From: an uncultured Anaerolineales bacterium
Lineage (GTDB): Bacteria > Chloroflexota > Anaerolineae > B4-G1 > SLSP01
Direction of reading: 5' to 3'
DNA length: 61,520 nt
Assembly (NCBI GenBank): GCA_964530185.1
Contig: CAZHBB010000006.1
Location: 1 to 61,520, forward strand
A program made the translations under genes and the position numbers. Under the pieces are notes generated by a model. It saw nothing but the letters and a program-made list of their open reading frames with translations, did no database searches and was not told where the DNA came from. Positions 16,078 to 24,644 of this stretch are shown piece by piece. Within the stretch, counting starts at the first letter, position 1, and the number at the start of each line of letters is the position of its first letter.

Positions 16078-18075
16078 ATGTGTACTGGACGGTTAAATCG
16101 GGGATGGAGGAGAAGTCTGCGGAGCTTCAGGGCCTGGCAATTCCTGCTCTTCGTCTCTCTGGCGTTGCTTTACCTGACGTTTCGAAGCGCCTCGCCCGAT
16201 GACTTTGATAGCTATAGTTTTATCCTGGCTCTCCGCCACTTCGACCTCGGGTTGCAACAGCCCCATCCTCCAGGGTTCCCCGTCTATGTTGCAGCAGGGC
16301 GGCTGTTCACCGGCCTGTGTGGCGATCCCACACGCGGGTTGACAACCCTCAGTGCGCTCAGTGGCACACTCAGCATGGTGTTCATCGCCCAAATCGGCTG
16401 GGCCCTGATCCCCAGACGTCGGGCGTGGGGCCTCATGGCTGCTCTGTTGTACGCTTTGCTGCCGGTGAGTTGGTTGACGGCTGAGAAAGCTCTCAGCGAT
16501 GCGCCGGGCATGATGGCGATGCTGTGGGCGCTCTCTGCCTGGCTTCGATGGTCGCGGTGGGAAGGGCCACCGCGTCCCCGGCCCCCCATTGTGCCTGCCT
16601 TCCTGAGTGGCCTTTCCTTGGGGGTACGTCCCCAGAACGCGGCCCCTCTGGCCCTGCTGGTCGTAACCCTCATCGTTCGGGATGTGCGCCAGCATCGTCC
16701 GTTGGGGAATTGGTTAACCGCGTTCGCTGCTGGTGTGCTGGGGGTCGCCGTCTGGCTGGTCCCGACCGCTCACGCTGCCGGGGGCCTTGCCGCCTATGGC
16801 GATCAGCTTCTGGGTCATGCGGCACATGTGGGCCGGGCGGATTCCCTACTGGGTATGTCCGGATCCCTGACCACTGTCCTCCGAGGCCGGAGCCTGGCCT
16901 TTGTGGATGATCTGCTGCTGGCGGTGGTGGGGGTGAGCCTTCAAGATGCCCTCCCGTGGTACGTGGTCGCGCGAGTAGGAGTGTTGACCGTCGTGATCGG
17001 GTGGGGATGCCTCAAGGGCCTTGCGACGGGCCTGCGGCAGCGATCTCTGCGCTGGGTGGTTGCCTGGTTCATCTTGCTGGGCCTGCAGATCCTGTTGTTC
17101 GAGACACTGGACCGCCCGCGTCTGCTCCTCCCCTGGCTGGCCTCTCTCGTCTTGCTGACGGCATCGGGATGGGAGCAGATACGGGCCGCATCCGGCCTCA
17201 GGACAGGTGGCATTGCGCTTCTCGGTCTCCTCCTGCTCACCCAGACCACGCCATGGGCCGCCCTGTTGGCGCGGGAGCCTGCACCACCTGAGCAGGCGGT
17301 GCGCTATATCGCGGCACATTACCCTCCGGGGGCAACTGTGGTGGCGGCTGCCGGTTCCTTCCGTGCCGCGCAGGTGTCACTCTCTGAGTATCCGCTCCTC
17401 TATCTCTATCAGCTCGATCCAGAGATGACCCATGCTTTGCTTCAGGAGGGGTATCGTTACGTGGCGATCCTCGATCGCGACCAGGCCACACCGGAGGCTA
17501 TGGCTCTGCTGAGCCAGCAGGATGCCTGGGTCACGGTGGACGACCGTACCTTCGTCCGTGATCGCCACGTCCACACCCAACATGACCAGGTGCGTCTCCA
17601 GGTGCTGGCCTCGCCGGAGTGGGTGCCGGCTGAGGCTCTGGCGCTTCCGGCTGATGGCTGTATCGATTTGGGGGGAGAGGATGATGGTCGCTATCTGGGT
17701 CAGGGCTGGTACCGGCCGGAGGATATCGGAGGCGTTCGGGGACGTTGGGCGGGCTCCGAGTTGACCACAACGCTGCGTGTGGCCCTTGACCTGGGTGGGA
17801 TCTATCAGGTCCGTTTCCGGGCATTGGCCTATCCCCAGGGACAGCGTGTGCGTCTTATGATGGGAAGTGCTACAACGGATGAGATCCTGCTGGGGCAATC
17901 GTGGGCAGAGCACACGGTCACGCTGTCCCTGGGAGAGATCCAGGATTTGCAGATCCTGACCCTCGAACTCGTCCATGCCACGATGCGCACGCCCTTCGAA
18001 ATGACGGGGGGAACCAGCAACGACCGACGAGGGCTGACCGCGGCCTACGATTGGCTATGCCTTACGCCTCAGTGA
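16078..18075 (+). CDS. GT-C-fold polytopic membrane glycosyltransferase (DUF2723/PMT-ArnT-like)
   Basis: The N-terminal ~400 aa have more than 10 TM segments, with an early 'SPDDFDSYSFILAL...PHPPGFPVY' loop (DxD-like, typical of GT-C enzymes). A soluble ~250-aa C-terminal domain follows. Confidence 0.55.
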   Translation: MCTGRLNRGWRRSLRSFRAWQFLLFVSLALLYLTFRSASPDDFDSYSFILALRHFDLGLQQPHPPGFPVYVAAGRLFTGLCGDPTRGLTTLSALSGTLSMVFIAQIGWALIPRRRAWGLMAALLYALLPVSWLTAEKALSDAPGMMAMLWALSAWLRWSRWEGPPRPRPPIVPAFLSGLSLGVRPQNAAPLALLVVTLIVRDVRQHRPLGNWLTAFAAGVLGVAVWLVPTAHAAGGLAAYGDQLLGHAAHVGRADSLLGMSGSLTTVLRGRSLAFVDDLLLAVVGVSLQDALPWYVVARVGVLTVVIGWGCLKGLATGLRQRSLRWVVAWFILLGLQILLFETLDRPRLLLPWLASLVLLTASGWEQIRAASGLRTGGIALLGLLLLTQTTPWAALLAREPAPPEQAVRYIAAHYPPGATVVAAAGSFRAAQVSLSEYPLLYLYQLDPEMTHALLQEGYRYVAILDRDQATPEAMALLSQQDAWVTVDDRTFVRDRHVHTQHDQVRLQVLASPEWVPAEALALPADGCIDLGGEDDGRYLGQGWYRPEDIGGVRGRWAGSELTTTLRVALDLGGIYQVRFRALAYPQGQRVRLMMGSATTDEILLGQSWAEHTVTLSLGEIQDLQILTLELVHATMRTPFEMTGGTSNDRRGLTAAYDWLCLTPQ

Positions 18076-19139
18076 TCCCCACCCTGGGAAGTGGGGAACC
18101 AGCGTAATGCTGCCGGGTTGATGTGGATCCATACCCGTTGCCCTTCATGGAATCGCGCTTGATGGCCAACCTGGCGGGTGGTGCGGAGATGTGCTCCGTT
18201 CAGCGCCAGGACGACCCTCTCGGTCTCACCCTGGAACAGACATTGTGTTACCTGGGCAGGGAGGGCGTGGTCGTCAACGCGGGATGTGTGGATTTGGATC
18301 CCCCAGGGCAGGATCAGAAGCTGCCCTCGGGTGCCTGCTGAAGGGGCGGTCTCAGCGTCAACGAGCCGAAAGCGGCCCAGTGGGGTGTTGAGAGACCCGT
18401 CCGCGGTCGCCTGCGCGGGAAACAGGTTGGTCAATCCCAGGAAACGGGCTACCCAGGGGGTGCCTGGATGTTGATAGAGGTCCTGTGGGCTGCCCTGCTG
18501 TACGATATGGCCTTCGTGCAAAAGCGCCACCCGGTCGGCGAGCGCAAAAGCCTCGGATTGGTCATGGGTGACGGTGATGGCCGTGACCCCAACACGGCGC
18601 AGGATCCCACGCAGCTCCTCCACCAGACGCTCACGCAGGTTGCGATCCAGCGACCCCATGGGCTCATCCAGCAACAGCAGCCTGGGGGCCGGCGCAAGGC
18701 TACGTGCCAGGGCCACACGCTGCTGTTCCCCTCCCGATAGATCTACCACGCTGCGGTCCCCGAAAGCCTCCAGCCCAACCAGCTTGAGCATCTCCTGGAC
18801 CCGAGCCCGGATTTTGTGACGGGGCAGCTTCTGCATGCGCAGGCCGAACGCCACGTTCTCCGCCACTGTTCGGTGGGGGAAGAGAGCGTAATCCTGGAAC
18901 ATCAGGACGATGCCCCGACGATGGGCGGGCACGTGCCCGATGTCCTGTCCCTCCAGCCGGATGCACCCGGACTCATAGGGTTCAAGCCCGGCGATGATGC
19001 GCAGCAGGGTTGTCTTGCCGCTGCCGGAGGGCCCCAACAGTGTCACGATCTCGCCCGCCTGGACCGTCAGGCTGACGCCGTTGAGCAATGTCTGGCCTTC
19101 GTAGGTCTTATAGATCTTCTCGAGGGATAGGAAAACCAT
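18069..19139 (-). CDS. thiQ: Thiamine-type ABC transporter ATP-binding protein
   Basis: Walker A 'GPSGSGKTT', signature 'LSGGEQQRVALAR', Walker B 'LLLLDEP' and a TOBE-like C-terminal domain. It is the last gene of the riboswitch-led operon. Confidence 0.85.
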   Translation of the reverse strand: MVFLSLEKIYKTYEGQTLLNGVSLTVQAGEIVTLLGPSGSGKTTLLRIIAGLEPYESGCIRLEGQDIGHVPAHRRGIVLMFQDYALFPHRTVAENVAFGLRMQKLPRHKIRARVQEMLKLVGLEAFGDRSVVDLSGGEQQRVALARSLAPAPRLLLLDEPMGSLDRNLRERLVEELRGILRRVGVTAITVTHDQSEAFALADRVALLHEGHIVQQGSPQDLYQHPGTPWVARFLGLTNLFPAQATADGSLNTPLGRFRLVDAETAPSAGTRGQLLILPWGIQIHTSRVDDHALPAQVTQCLFQGETERVVLALNGAHLRTTRQVGHQARFHEGQRVWIHINPAALRWFPTSQGGDH

Positions 19140-19154
19140 GGATCGGCCTTTCGC

Positions 19155-20840
19155 TTAAAAGGGTTGGGTGCCTGGCGGTCGGAGCTGTTCGATGGCCAGA
19201 AACCCCGCGCTGCACACGGTCATGAGAATAGTTGCCATGGCCATAGCCTGCCCATAGTTCAGCGATCCCGGCCGCGAGAGGAAGCGATAGATCGCGATGG
19301 GGATGGTGGGGAACTCCGGACGGGCAATCATCGAGGTCGCCCCAAACTCGCCCATGGAGACTGTGAAGGCGAAGACCGCGCCCACCGCCAGGGCACGCCA
19401 GACGATGGGGAGGTCGATCTCCAGAAAGACAGCCAGGCGCCGAGCGCCGAGCACGGCGGCCGCTTCACGCAGGCTAGGACGGATGGCCTGCAGCGCCGGA
19501 AGCAGGCCGCGTACCACGAAGGGAAGGCCTACCAGGGTATGTGCAAGCACGATCAGAGTTGGCGTGCCACGCAGGTCTAGCGGTGGGGTATCGAAGGCCA
19601 GCAGATAGCCCAGCCCAAGCGTCACGGCGGAGGTGCCCAGTGGCAGCATGAAGAGAGTGTCGAAGAGCCAGGCGACGCCGCCACGGTAGAGAGCCAACGC
19701 AGTCAGGAGCCCCAACGCCAGGGCCAACGCGGTCGTCTGGAGCGCGATGTGCAGCGAGTTGCCGATGGCCGCCAGAGGCGGCACATAGAAGATACTATGG
19801 CGCGGGTTCTCGAACAGGGCTCGATAGTAGCGGAAGCCCTCGTCGAAGGAGCGGCCGACCAACACCAGCAGAGGATACGTCAGCAGGCCAAGCATGATGA
19901 CCGCGTTCACTACGATGAGGACGATCTCGCGGGGCTTTCTGGCGGGCCGTTGTGTGCTCCATTGGGGTTTCAGGTTAAGTGGGCGCGTCACACGCCGCTG
20001 GAGGCGCGTATACACGACCGTGAGCCCAAAGGTGAAGAGGATCTGGATGAGCGAGAGCGCCGCGGCCAGTGGCAGGTTGGCGAAATGGATCGTCTGGCGG
20101 TAGATAGCCACCTCAAGAGTGGCGAAGCGCGGACCTCCCAGGATCAGCACGACGCCAAAGCTGGTGAAGCAGAAGATGAAGATCAATGTAGTGGCCGTTA
20201 ACAGGGCCGGAGCCAGGAGGGGTAAGGTGACGTGCCAGAACGCACGCCAGGGTGAGGCGCCCAACGTGCGTGCGGCTTCCTCCAGGCGTGGGTCCAGCGT
20301 CACCCAGAAGCCTCGTACCAGGCGTAGGACCACGGCGTAGTTGTAGAAAACGTGGGCGATCAGAATGGCCGTCAAGGTGTAACGCAGGTCAAAGCCCGTG
20401 CCGAGCCAGTGATTGAGCGGTGATTTGGGGCCCAGGACTGCATTTAATGCGGCGGCCACTACGACGGTGGGGAGTACAAACGGCACCGTAGCCAGCGCTT
20501 GCAGGATGCGCCGGCCTGGGAACTCGTATTTGGCCAGGACATACGCCCCGGGCAGCCCCGCCAACAGCGTCAGGAAGGTGGACAGCAGAGCCTGTCCCAA
20601 CGTGAACGCGATGAGGCGTCGGCTGGATGAGGCCAACAAGCGGGCGACGAGCTGACGCACTCCGCCAGCATCCTGGGAAAGGAGACTCACACGCAGGATC
20701 TCACCCAGGGGGTAGAAGTAGAAGAGCAGGAGGAAGAGCAGGGGAATGGCCAGGAGCATGGCGAATTCCGGCGTCGCTCGGCGGCGTACGCGCCGTCGGG
20801 CCTCTCTCCATGTGGGCTTCGGTTGGCCTGGATGATCCAT
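19155..20840 (-). CDS. thiP: Thiamine-type ABC transporter permease (duplicated 6-TM domain)
   Basis: 561 aa with two BPD_transp_1-like halves (ThiP/FbpB architecture). It lies between the SBP and ATPase genes. Confidence 0.8.
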   Translation of the reverse strand: MDHPGQPKPTWREARRRVRRRATPEFAMLLAIPLLFLLLFYFYPLGEILRVSLLSQDAGGVRQLVARLLASSSRRLIAFTLGQALLSTFLTLLAGLPGAYVLAKYEFPGRRILQALATVPFVLPTVVVAAALNAVLGPKSPLNHWLGTGFDLRYTLTAILIAHVFYNYAVVLRLVRGFWVTLDPRLEEAARTLGASPWRAFWHVTLPLLAPALLTATTLIFIFCFTSFGVVLILGGPRFATLEVAIYRQTIHFANLPLAAALSLIQILFTFGLTVVYTRLQRRVTRPLNLKPQWSTQRPARKPREIVLIVVNAVIMLGLLTYPLLVLVGRSFDEGFRYYRALFENPRHSIFYVPPLAAIGNSLHIALQTTALALALGLLTALALYRGGVAWLFDTLFMLPLGTSAVTLGLGYLLAFDTPPLDLRGTPTLIVLAHTLVGLPFVVRGLLPALQAIRPSLREAAAVLGARRLAVFLEIDLPIVWRALAVGAVFAFTVSMGEFGATSMIARPEFPTIPIAIYRFLSRPGSLNYGQAMAMATILMTVCSAGFLAIEQLRPPGTQPF

Positions 20841-20883
20841 TCCCCTGATCCTGAGCCTCCTTAATTCTTTCAGCCGCGCGCGT

Positions 20884-21957
20884 TTACTTCAGCACCACAT
20901 CCGTCCACGCCTGGATCCAGGCTTCGCGGTTCTGCTCGATGGCCTCGGCCGAGACGACAGCGGGTTCCTTGGCCTCGACCGCATGGGTCACAAAGACATC
21001 GGGCAGGGTCGCTGTCTCGCTGGCCGGGAAGACCCACATGTGGAGCGGGATGTCACTCTGGAAAGTGTCACTGAGCACGAACTCCACGAAGGCCTCGGCC
21101 AGGTCCCGATTACGGGCATTCCGCAGGATGCCGACGAACTCGATCTGTCGGAAACAGGTGCCAGGCCCGGTGATGGCGCCCGTGGGTGGAGTGTCGATGG
21201 GTGTCTCGCTGAAGTAGACCTCGGCAGCCGGGCTTGTAGCGTAGCTGACGACCAAGGGCCGGGTCCCCTCGCTGTAGGCGCCGCCACTGAACTCGCTGTA
21301 GTAGGCGGTGTCCCAACTGTCCACGACCAGGACATCGTTGTCGCGTAATCGGGTCCAGAAATCGAGATAGCCATCCTCGCCAAAGGCTGCAACCGTGGTC
21401 AGCAGGAACGCCAGGCCGGGTGAGGACGACGCAGGGTTCTCCACCACCAGCAGGCCCCGGTACTGGGGTGCGGTGAGGTCGTCCAGGGCCTGTGGGATAG
21501 GCAGCGCGTTGTCCTCGAAGTACGCGCGATCGTAATTCAGGCATACATCCCCGTAGTCCACCGGGACCACGCGATACTCTGGGTCTAGCTCCAGGGTGTC
21601 CGGGATGTGATCCAGCGCCGCCGGCCGATAGGGCTCGAAGATACCCGCTTCAAGCGCCCGGCTCAGGAAGGTGTTGTCGATGCCGTAGAGCACGTCAGCC
21701 TGCGGATTATCCTTGCTCAGGATAGCCTGGCTCACCATCTGGCCGGTATCTCCTGCGTCGAGGAAGCTGAGCCTGGCGTTGTGAGCTTCCTCGAACTGCG
21801 CGATGACCTCCTCGCTGATATCGAAACTGCTGTAGGTCATGACGCGCAACTCACGTGGCTCCACCGCCGTCGGTTGCGCTGTAGGCATGGGCTCCGCCGT
21901 TGCTGTACACCCCAGCACCAGGGCGGTGAGTGCGAATAAAGGTAACCAATGTTTCAT
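20884..21957 (-). CDS. thiB: Thiamine ABC transporter substrate-binding lipoprotein
   Basis: Lipobox 'LVLGC'. Collinear similarity to E. coli TbpA, from memory: 'LRVMTYSSF', 'ADVLYGIDN', 'SSSPGLAFLL', 'VVSYATSPA', 'REAWIQAW'. Confidence 0.8.
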   Translation of the reverse strand: MKHWLPLFALTALVLGCTATAEPMPTAQPTAVEPRELRVMTYSSFDISEEVIAQFEEAHNARLSFLDAGDTGQMVSQAILSKDNPQADVLYGIDNTFLSRALEAGIFEPYRPAALDHIPDTLELDPEYRVVPVDYGDVCLNYDRAYFEDNALPIPQALDDLTAPQYRGLLVVENPASSSPGLAFLLTTVAAFGEDGYLDFWTRLRDNDVLVVDSWDTAYYSEFSGGAYSEGTRPLVVSYATSPAAEVYFSETPIDTPPTGAITGPGTCFRQIEFVGILRNARNRDLAEAFVEFVLSDTFQSDIPLHMWVFPASETATLPDVFVTHAVEAKEPAVVSAEAIEQNREAWIQAWTDVVLK

Positions 21958-21974
21958 CTCTCTCCTCCCTAGCC

Positions 21975-22679
21975 TTATATCTGATGGGGCCCCTCAGAGG
22001 GCCCTTTAGCGGCGGATAGGGCGTCCGCCATGTCCTGCCGCTCATGGAAACACCACACGATGCCCCGGGCCACCGAGACGGTAGCTCGAGGGTCGATCAA
22101 CGTGTTGCTGACACCGCGGGCCGGGCCGAAGTGGAGCGGTTCATTGTGCAGTGGATAGGCAAGTCCCGTTGTAGTCACGCCCTCCGCCGGACCGCCGAGA
22201 GGAATGAGCGAGACGCGGTCCCCTGGCGTACCGGCGATCTCGCACCGGGCGCCTGCCCGTATTGTCTGGATGGTCCAGGCACCATCGATCACCCGCACGC
22301 GATAAGGGGCCAGTTCAGGCAGCGCGAGGAGCAGCAAGTTGGCGAGGGCCTGATCGGGACGGCCTCCCAGGGCGCCGAGGACGAGGATCTCCTGGACCCC
22401 ATCCAGGGACGCAGCCCATTTCAGGGCCAGTTCGAGGTCGGTCTCGTCTTTCTGCGGGGGGGAGATATGGAACTGGGTGCCCGCCCGCTCCAGCTCAGTT
22501 CTGAGGGTGGGCGAGAGGGAATCTAGATCACCAATCACGTGGTGGGGATGCAGTCCCGCGCGCAGGACATGGTGCGTGCCCCCATCGGCTGCTACGATGC
22601 AGTCTTCATCCCTGATCCAGAGTCGGGCTGTTGAGACCGGATCGCCCAGGTCCCCGTTTGCAAAGATCACTACACGCAT
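21975..22679 (-). CDS. thiN: Thiamine pyrophosphokinase
   Basis: 'MRVVIFANGDL...IVAADGG...HHVIGDLDS...PPQKDETDLELAL' are TPK catalytic-domain motifs. The start was set to the ATG at 22679 (GGGAGAG RBS), because the longer ORF to 22775 runs through the riboswitch terminator. Confidence 0.85.
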   Translation of the reverse strand: MRVVIFANGDLGDPVSTARLWIRDEDCIVAADGGTHHVLRAGLHPHHVIGDLDSLSPTLRTELERAGTQFHISPPQKDETDLELALKWAASLDGVQEILVLGALGGRPDQALANLLLLALPELAPYRVRVIDGAWTIQTIRAGARCEIAGTPGDRVSLIPLGGPAEGVTTTGLAYPLHNEPLHFGPARGVSNTLIDPRATVSVARGIVWCFHERQDMADALSAAKGPSEGPHQI

Positions 22680-22732
22680 TGCACTCTCCCAGGCCGCGAT
22701 ACACTCTCCGGGGCCAGGACCTGGGCGAGGGG

Positions 22733-22771
22733 CAACAGAAACCCCCGCCAGGAAGTGCTCATCGGCGGGGG
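22733..22771 (-). terminator. Intrinsic terminator (expression platform of the TPP riboswitch)
   Basis: On the minus strand: CCCCCGCC-gaugagcacuuccu-GGCGGGGG followed by UUUCUGUUG. It lies between the aptamer and the thiN start. Confidence 0.7.
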
Positions 22772-22796
22772 TCACTTTGCCACTGGTGGCCTCCTT

Positions 22797-22886
22797 AGCA
22801 CTCCCTACGCTGGCATGATCCAGATCAGGTTCAGGGGTCGGTGTTCACACACCCTCTCAGCCCTCCTGGGGCTCCCCCGGCTGGTC
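22797..22886 (-). promoter_or_regulatory. TPP (THI-box) riboswitch aptamer
   Basis: The minus strand reads 'GGGGAGCCCCAGGAGGGCUGAGAGGGUGUGUGAACACCGACCCCUGAACCUGAUCUGGAUCAUGCCAGCGUAGGGAG'. It contains the hallmark CUGAGA and ACCUGAUCUGGAUaAUGCCAGCGUAGGGA elements. Confidence 0.92.
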
Positions 22887-22924
22887 TATCGAGGCAATCT
22901 GCTTATCAACGTACTTTGTTCTCT

Positions 22925-22952
22925 ATTATAGCGGGAGATGGATATTCGTAAA
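22925..22952 (-). promoter_or_regulatory. Sigma-70-like promoter for the riboswitch-led operon (TTTACG-16-TATAAT)
   Basis: On the minus strand, TATAAT is the reverse complement of 22925-22930 and TTTACG is the reverse complement of 22947-22952. It lies ~35 nt upstream of the aptamer. Confidence 0.4.
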
Positions 22953-22985
22953 GGGCTTCAGGTGGCAATCACTTCGAAGTGACGG

Positions 22986-23630
22986 TTACCTGACTGCCAG
23001 GAAGGTTGTGAGTACCCACGCGAGGAGGAAGGAAGAGACGCCTGCGACGATGCCGACCACCACCTGGGCCACGCTATGGCGTCGGAGCTTGATCCGTGAC
23101 CAGGCAATGAGAGGAACGAGGAGCACGGCTGGCCATGCTGTGCTCTGGAATTCGGCGAGCAAAAAGGCGGCCATTGAAGCGGCAGCGGTGGCATGGATGC
23201 TGATCTTCCATCCCAAGGTCACCAGCAGAATGATGATCCCCTGCACAAACCCTATGCCCGCCAGGAGCAGCATGGAGGGCGGAGCTCCGGACCAATAGAG
23301 CGCGAGCCAGCTCAACGCAACGCCCAGGATGGTCACCAGCAGGGACTCCCGACGCTGGCGACGATAGTAGATGTCAACATCGGTGACCTGGCCTTGCTTA
23401 AGCTGCCAGAGCAGGAAAAGCATCGGTAAGAACATTGCCAGTCCCACATATAGGCCCAGCCACAGCCAGCGGCGAGGTGACTCCTGGTGGAGGGTCACAA
23501 GGAACGAACTCAGGAGAGCCAGCAGGGGCGGGCTACCCACTCGTGAGACCCAGTGCGCGACATGCTCGATGCCGCTCTCTGGTTGTGGTATTCCCTTGGC
23601 TTGTGATTGGCTTTCCATAGCGCTCCGCAT
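22986..23630 (-). CDS. PAP2-family membrane phosphatase-like protein
   Basis: Polytopic protein with 'ISIHATAAAS' and 'SRIKLRRHSVAQVVVGIVAG', resembling PAP2 motifs C2 (SxH) and C3 (SRxxxxxHxxxQ/D). Confidence 0.6.
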   Translation of the reverse strand: MRSAMESQSQAKGIPQPESGIEHVAHWVSRVGSPPLLALLSSFLVTLHQESPRRWLWLGLYVGLAMFLPMLFLLWQLKQGQVTDVDIYYRRQRRESLLVTILGVALSWLALYWSGAPPSMLLLAGIGFVQGIIILLVTLGWKISIHATAAASMAAFLLAEFQSTAWPAVLLVPLIAWSRIKLRRHSVAQVVVGIVAGVSSFLLAWVLTTFLAVR

Positions 23631-23894
23631 AGTGTGTTTGGGCCGGACGCCATTCAGGTTACTATCCTATAAAAGTATACCACGAGATGGTGATTAACCT
23701 GCTGTCGAGCCCGGCTGGGCAATTCCCGGGATGGAGCCGATGGGGCATGGCCGGGGCGATGACACCGCGTCGCCGCGCCAAGGCGTCGGACTGGGGGCTT
23801 ATACGCCACCATTGCTCTAACTTGTGCCCTCTTCTCTTCATGCCGGTGTGCTATAATAAATATGCAAGGAGTACCGCGCGCGCCGGGAGAGTCT

Positions 23895-24644
23895 ATGACC
23901 ACAGAGAAGGAACCATTGCAGAAGATCCAGGAACGTCTCAATTATCGTTTCCATGACCCTGATCTCTTAAGACTTGCGCTTACTCATCCCTCCTATGCCC
24001 ATGAACACCCTGAGGAGGGTCACAAAGAACACCACAACCAGCGGTTGGAGTTCCTGGGGGACGCGGTGTTGGACTTCCTGGTGGCCGCCTGGCTTTACCG
24101 TACCTATCAGGACTTTCCTGAGGGGCCATTGACCCGGTTGCGCGCGACGTTGGTGCGCACCACGACCCTGGCTGCTTTGGCCCGGGAGTTGGAGTTGGGA
24201 CCTGCATTGAGGTTGGGACGTGGCGAAAAAGAGGGCGGAGGGGATCGGCGGGCGGCCAATCTCTGTGATGCGCTTGAGGCGCTGGTGGGAGCACTTTACC
24301 TCGATGGTGGACTGGAGGCGGTGTGGTCCCGACTCGAGCCATGGTTCGAGCGCCGGGCCGAGGAGATCCTGAAGGCGCAGTCCTACGTGGATGCCAAGTC
24401 CCGACTCCAGGAATGGGCGCAGGCGACTTTGGGAGAGACACCTGTCTATCGGATTGTGGATGAGCACGGCCCTGACCATGCCAAGACTTTCACGGCGCAG
24501 GTCGTCGTGGGGTCAGAGGTGGCGGGCGAGGGGACTGGGGGAAGTAAGCGGATGGCGGAACAGGAAGCAGCACGCCAGGCCCTGCTCAGGTATACGGGGT
24601 ATGCAGCCTCGGTGGAAGGGATATTGAACGATGATGCGGTTTGA
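23895..24644 (+). CDS. rnc: Ribonuclease III
   Basis: '[21 protein letters not shown]' is the RNase III signature. The C-terminal dsRBD reads '[11 protein letters not shown]...[23 protein letters not shown]...[15 protein letters not shown]'. The ATG at 23895 follows GGGAGAG. Confidence 0.92.
   Translation: MTTEKEPLQKIQERLNYRFHDPDLLRLALTHPSYAHEHPEEGHKEHHNQRLEFLGDAVLDFLVAAWLYRTYQDFPEGPLTRLRATLVRTTTLAALARELELGPALRLGRGEKEGGGDRRAANLCDALEALVGALYLDGGLEAVWSRLEPWFERRAEEILKAQSYVDAKSRLQEWAQATLGETPVYRIVDEHGPDHAKTFTAQVVVGSEVAGEGTGGSKRMAEQEAARQALLRYTGYAASVEGILNDDAV

Noticed and set aside
22680-22775. N-terminal extension of the thiN ORF (track start at 22775).
   Set aside because: The extension runs through the riboswitch terminator hairpin and U-tract. 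It encodes a Pro/Gly/Ala-rich peptide. The conserved TPK N-terminus 'MRVVIFANGDL' begins at 22679, with its own RBS.
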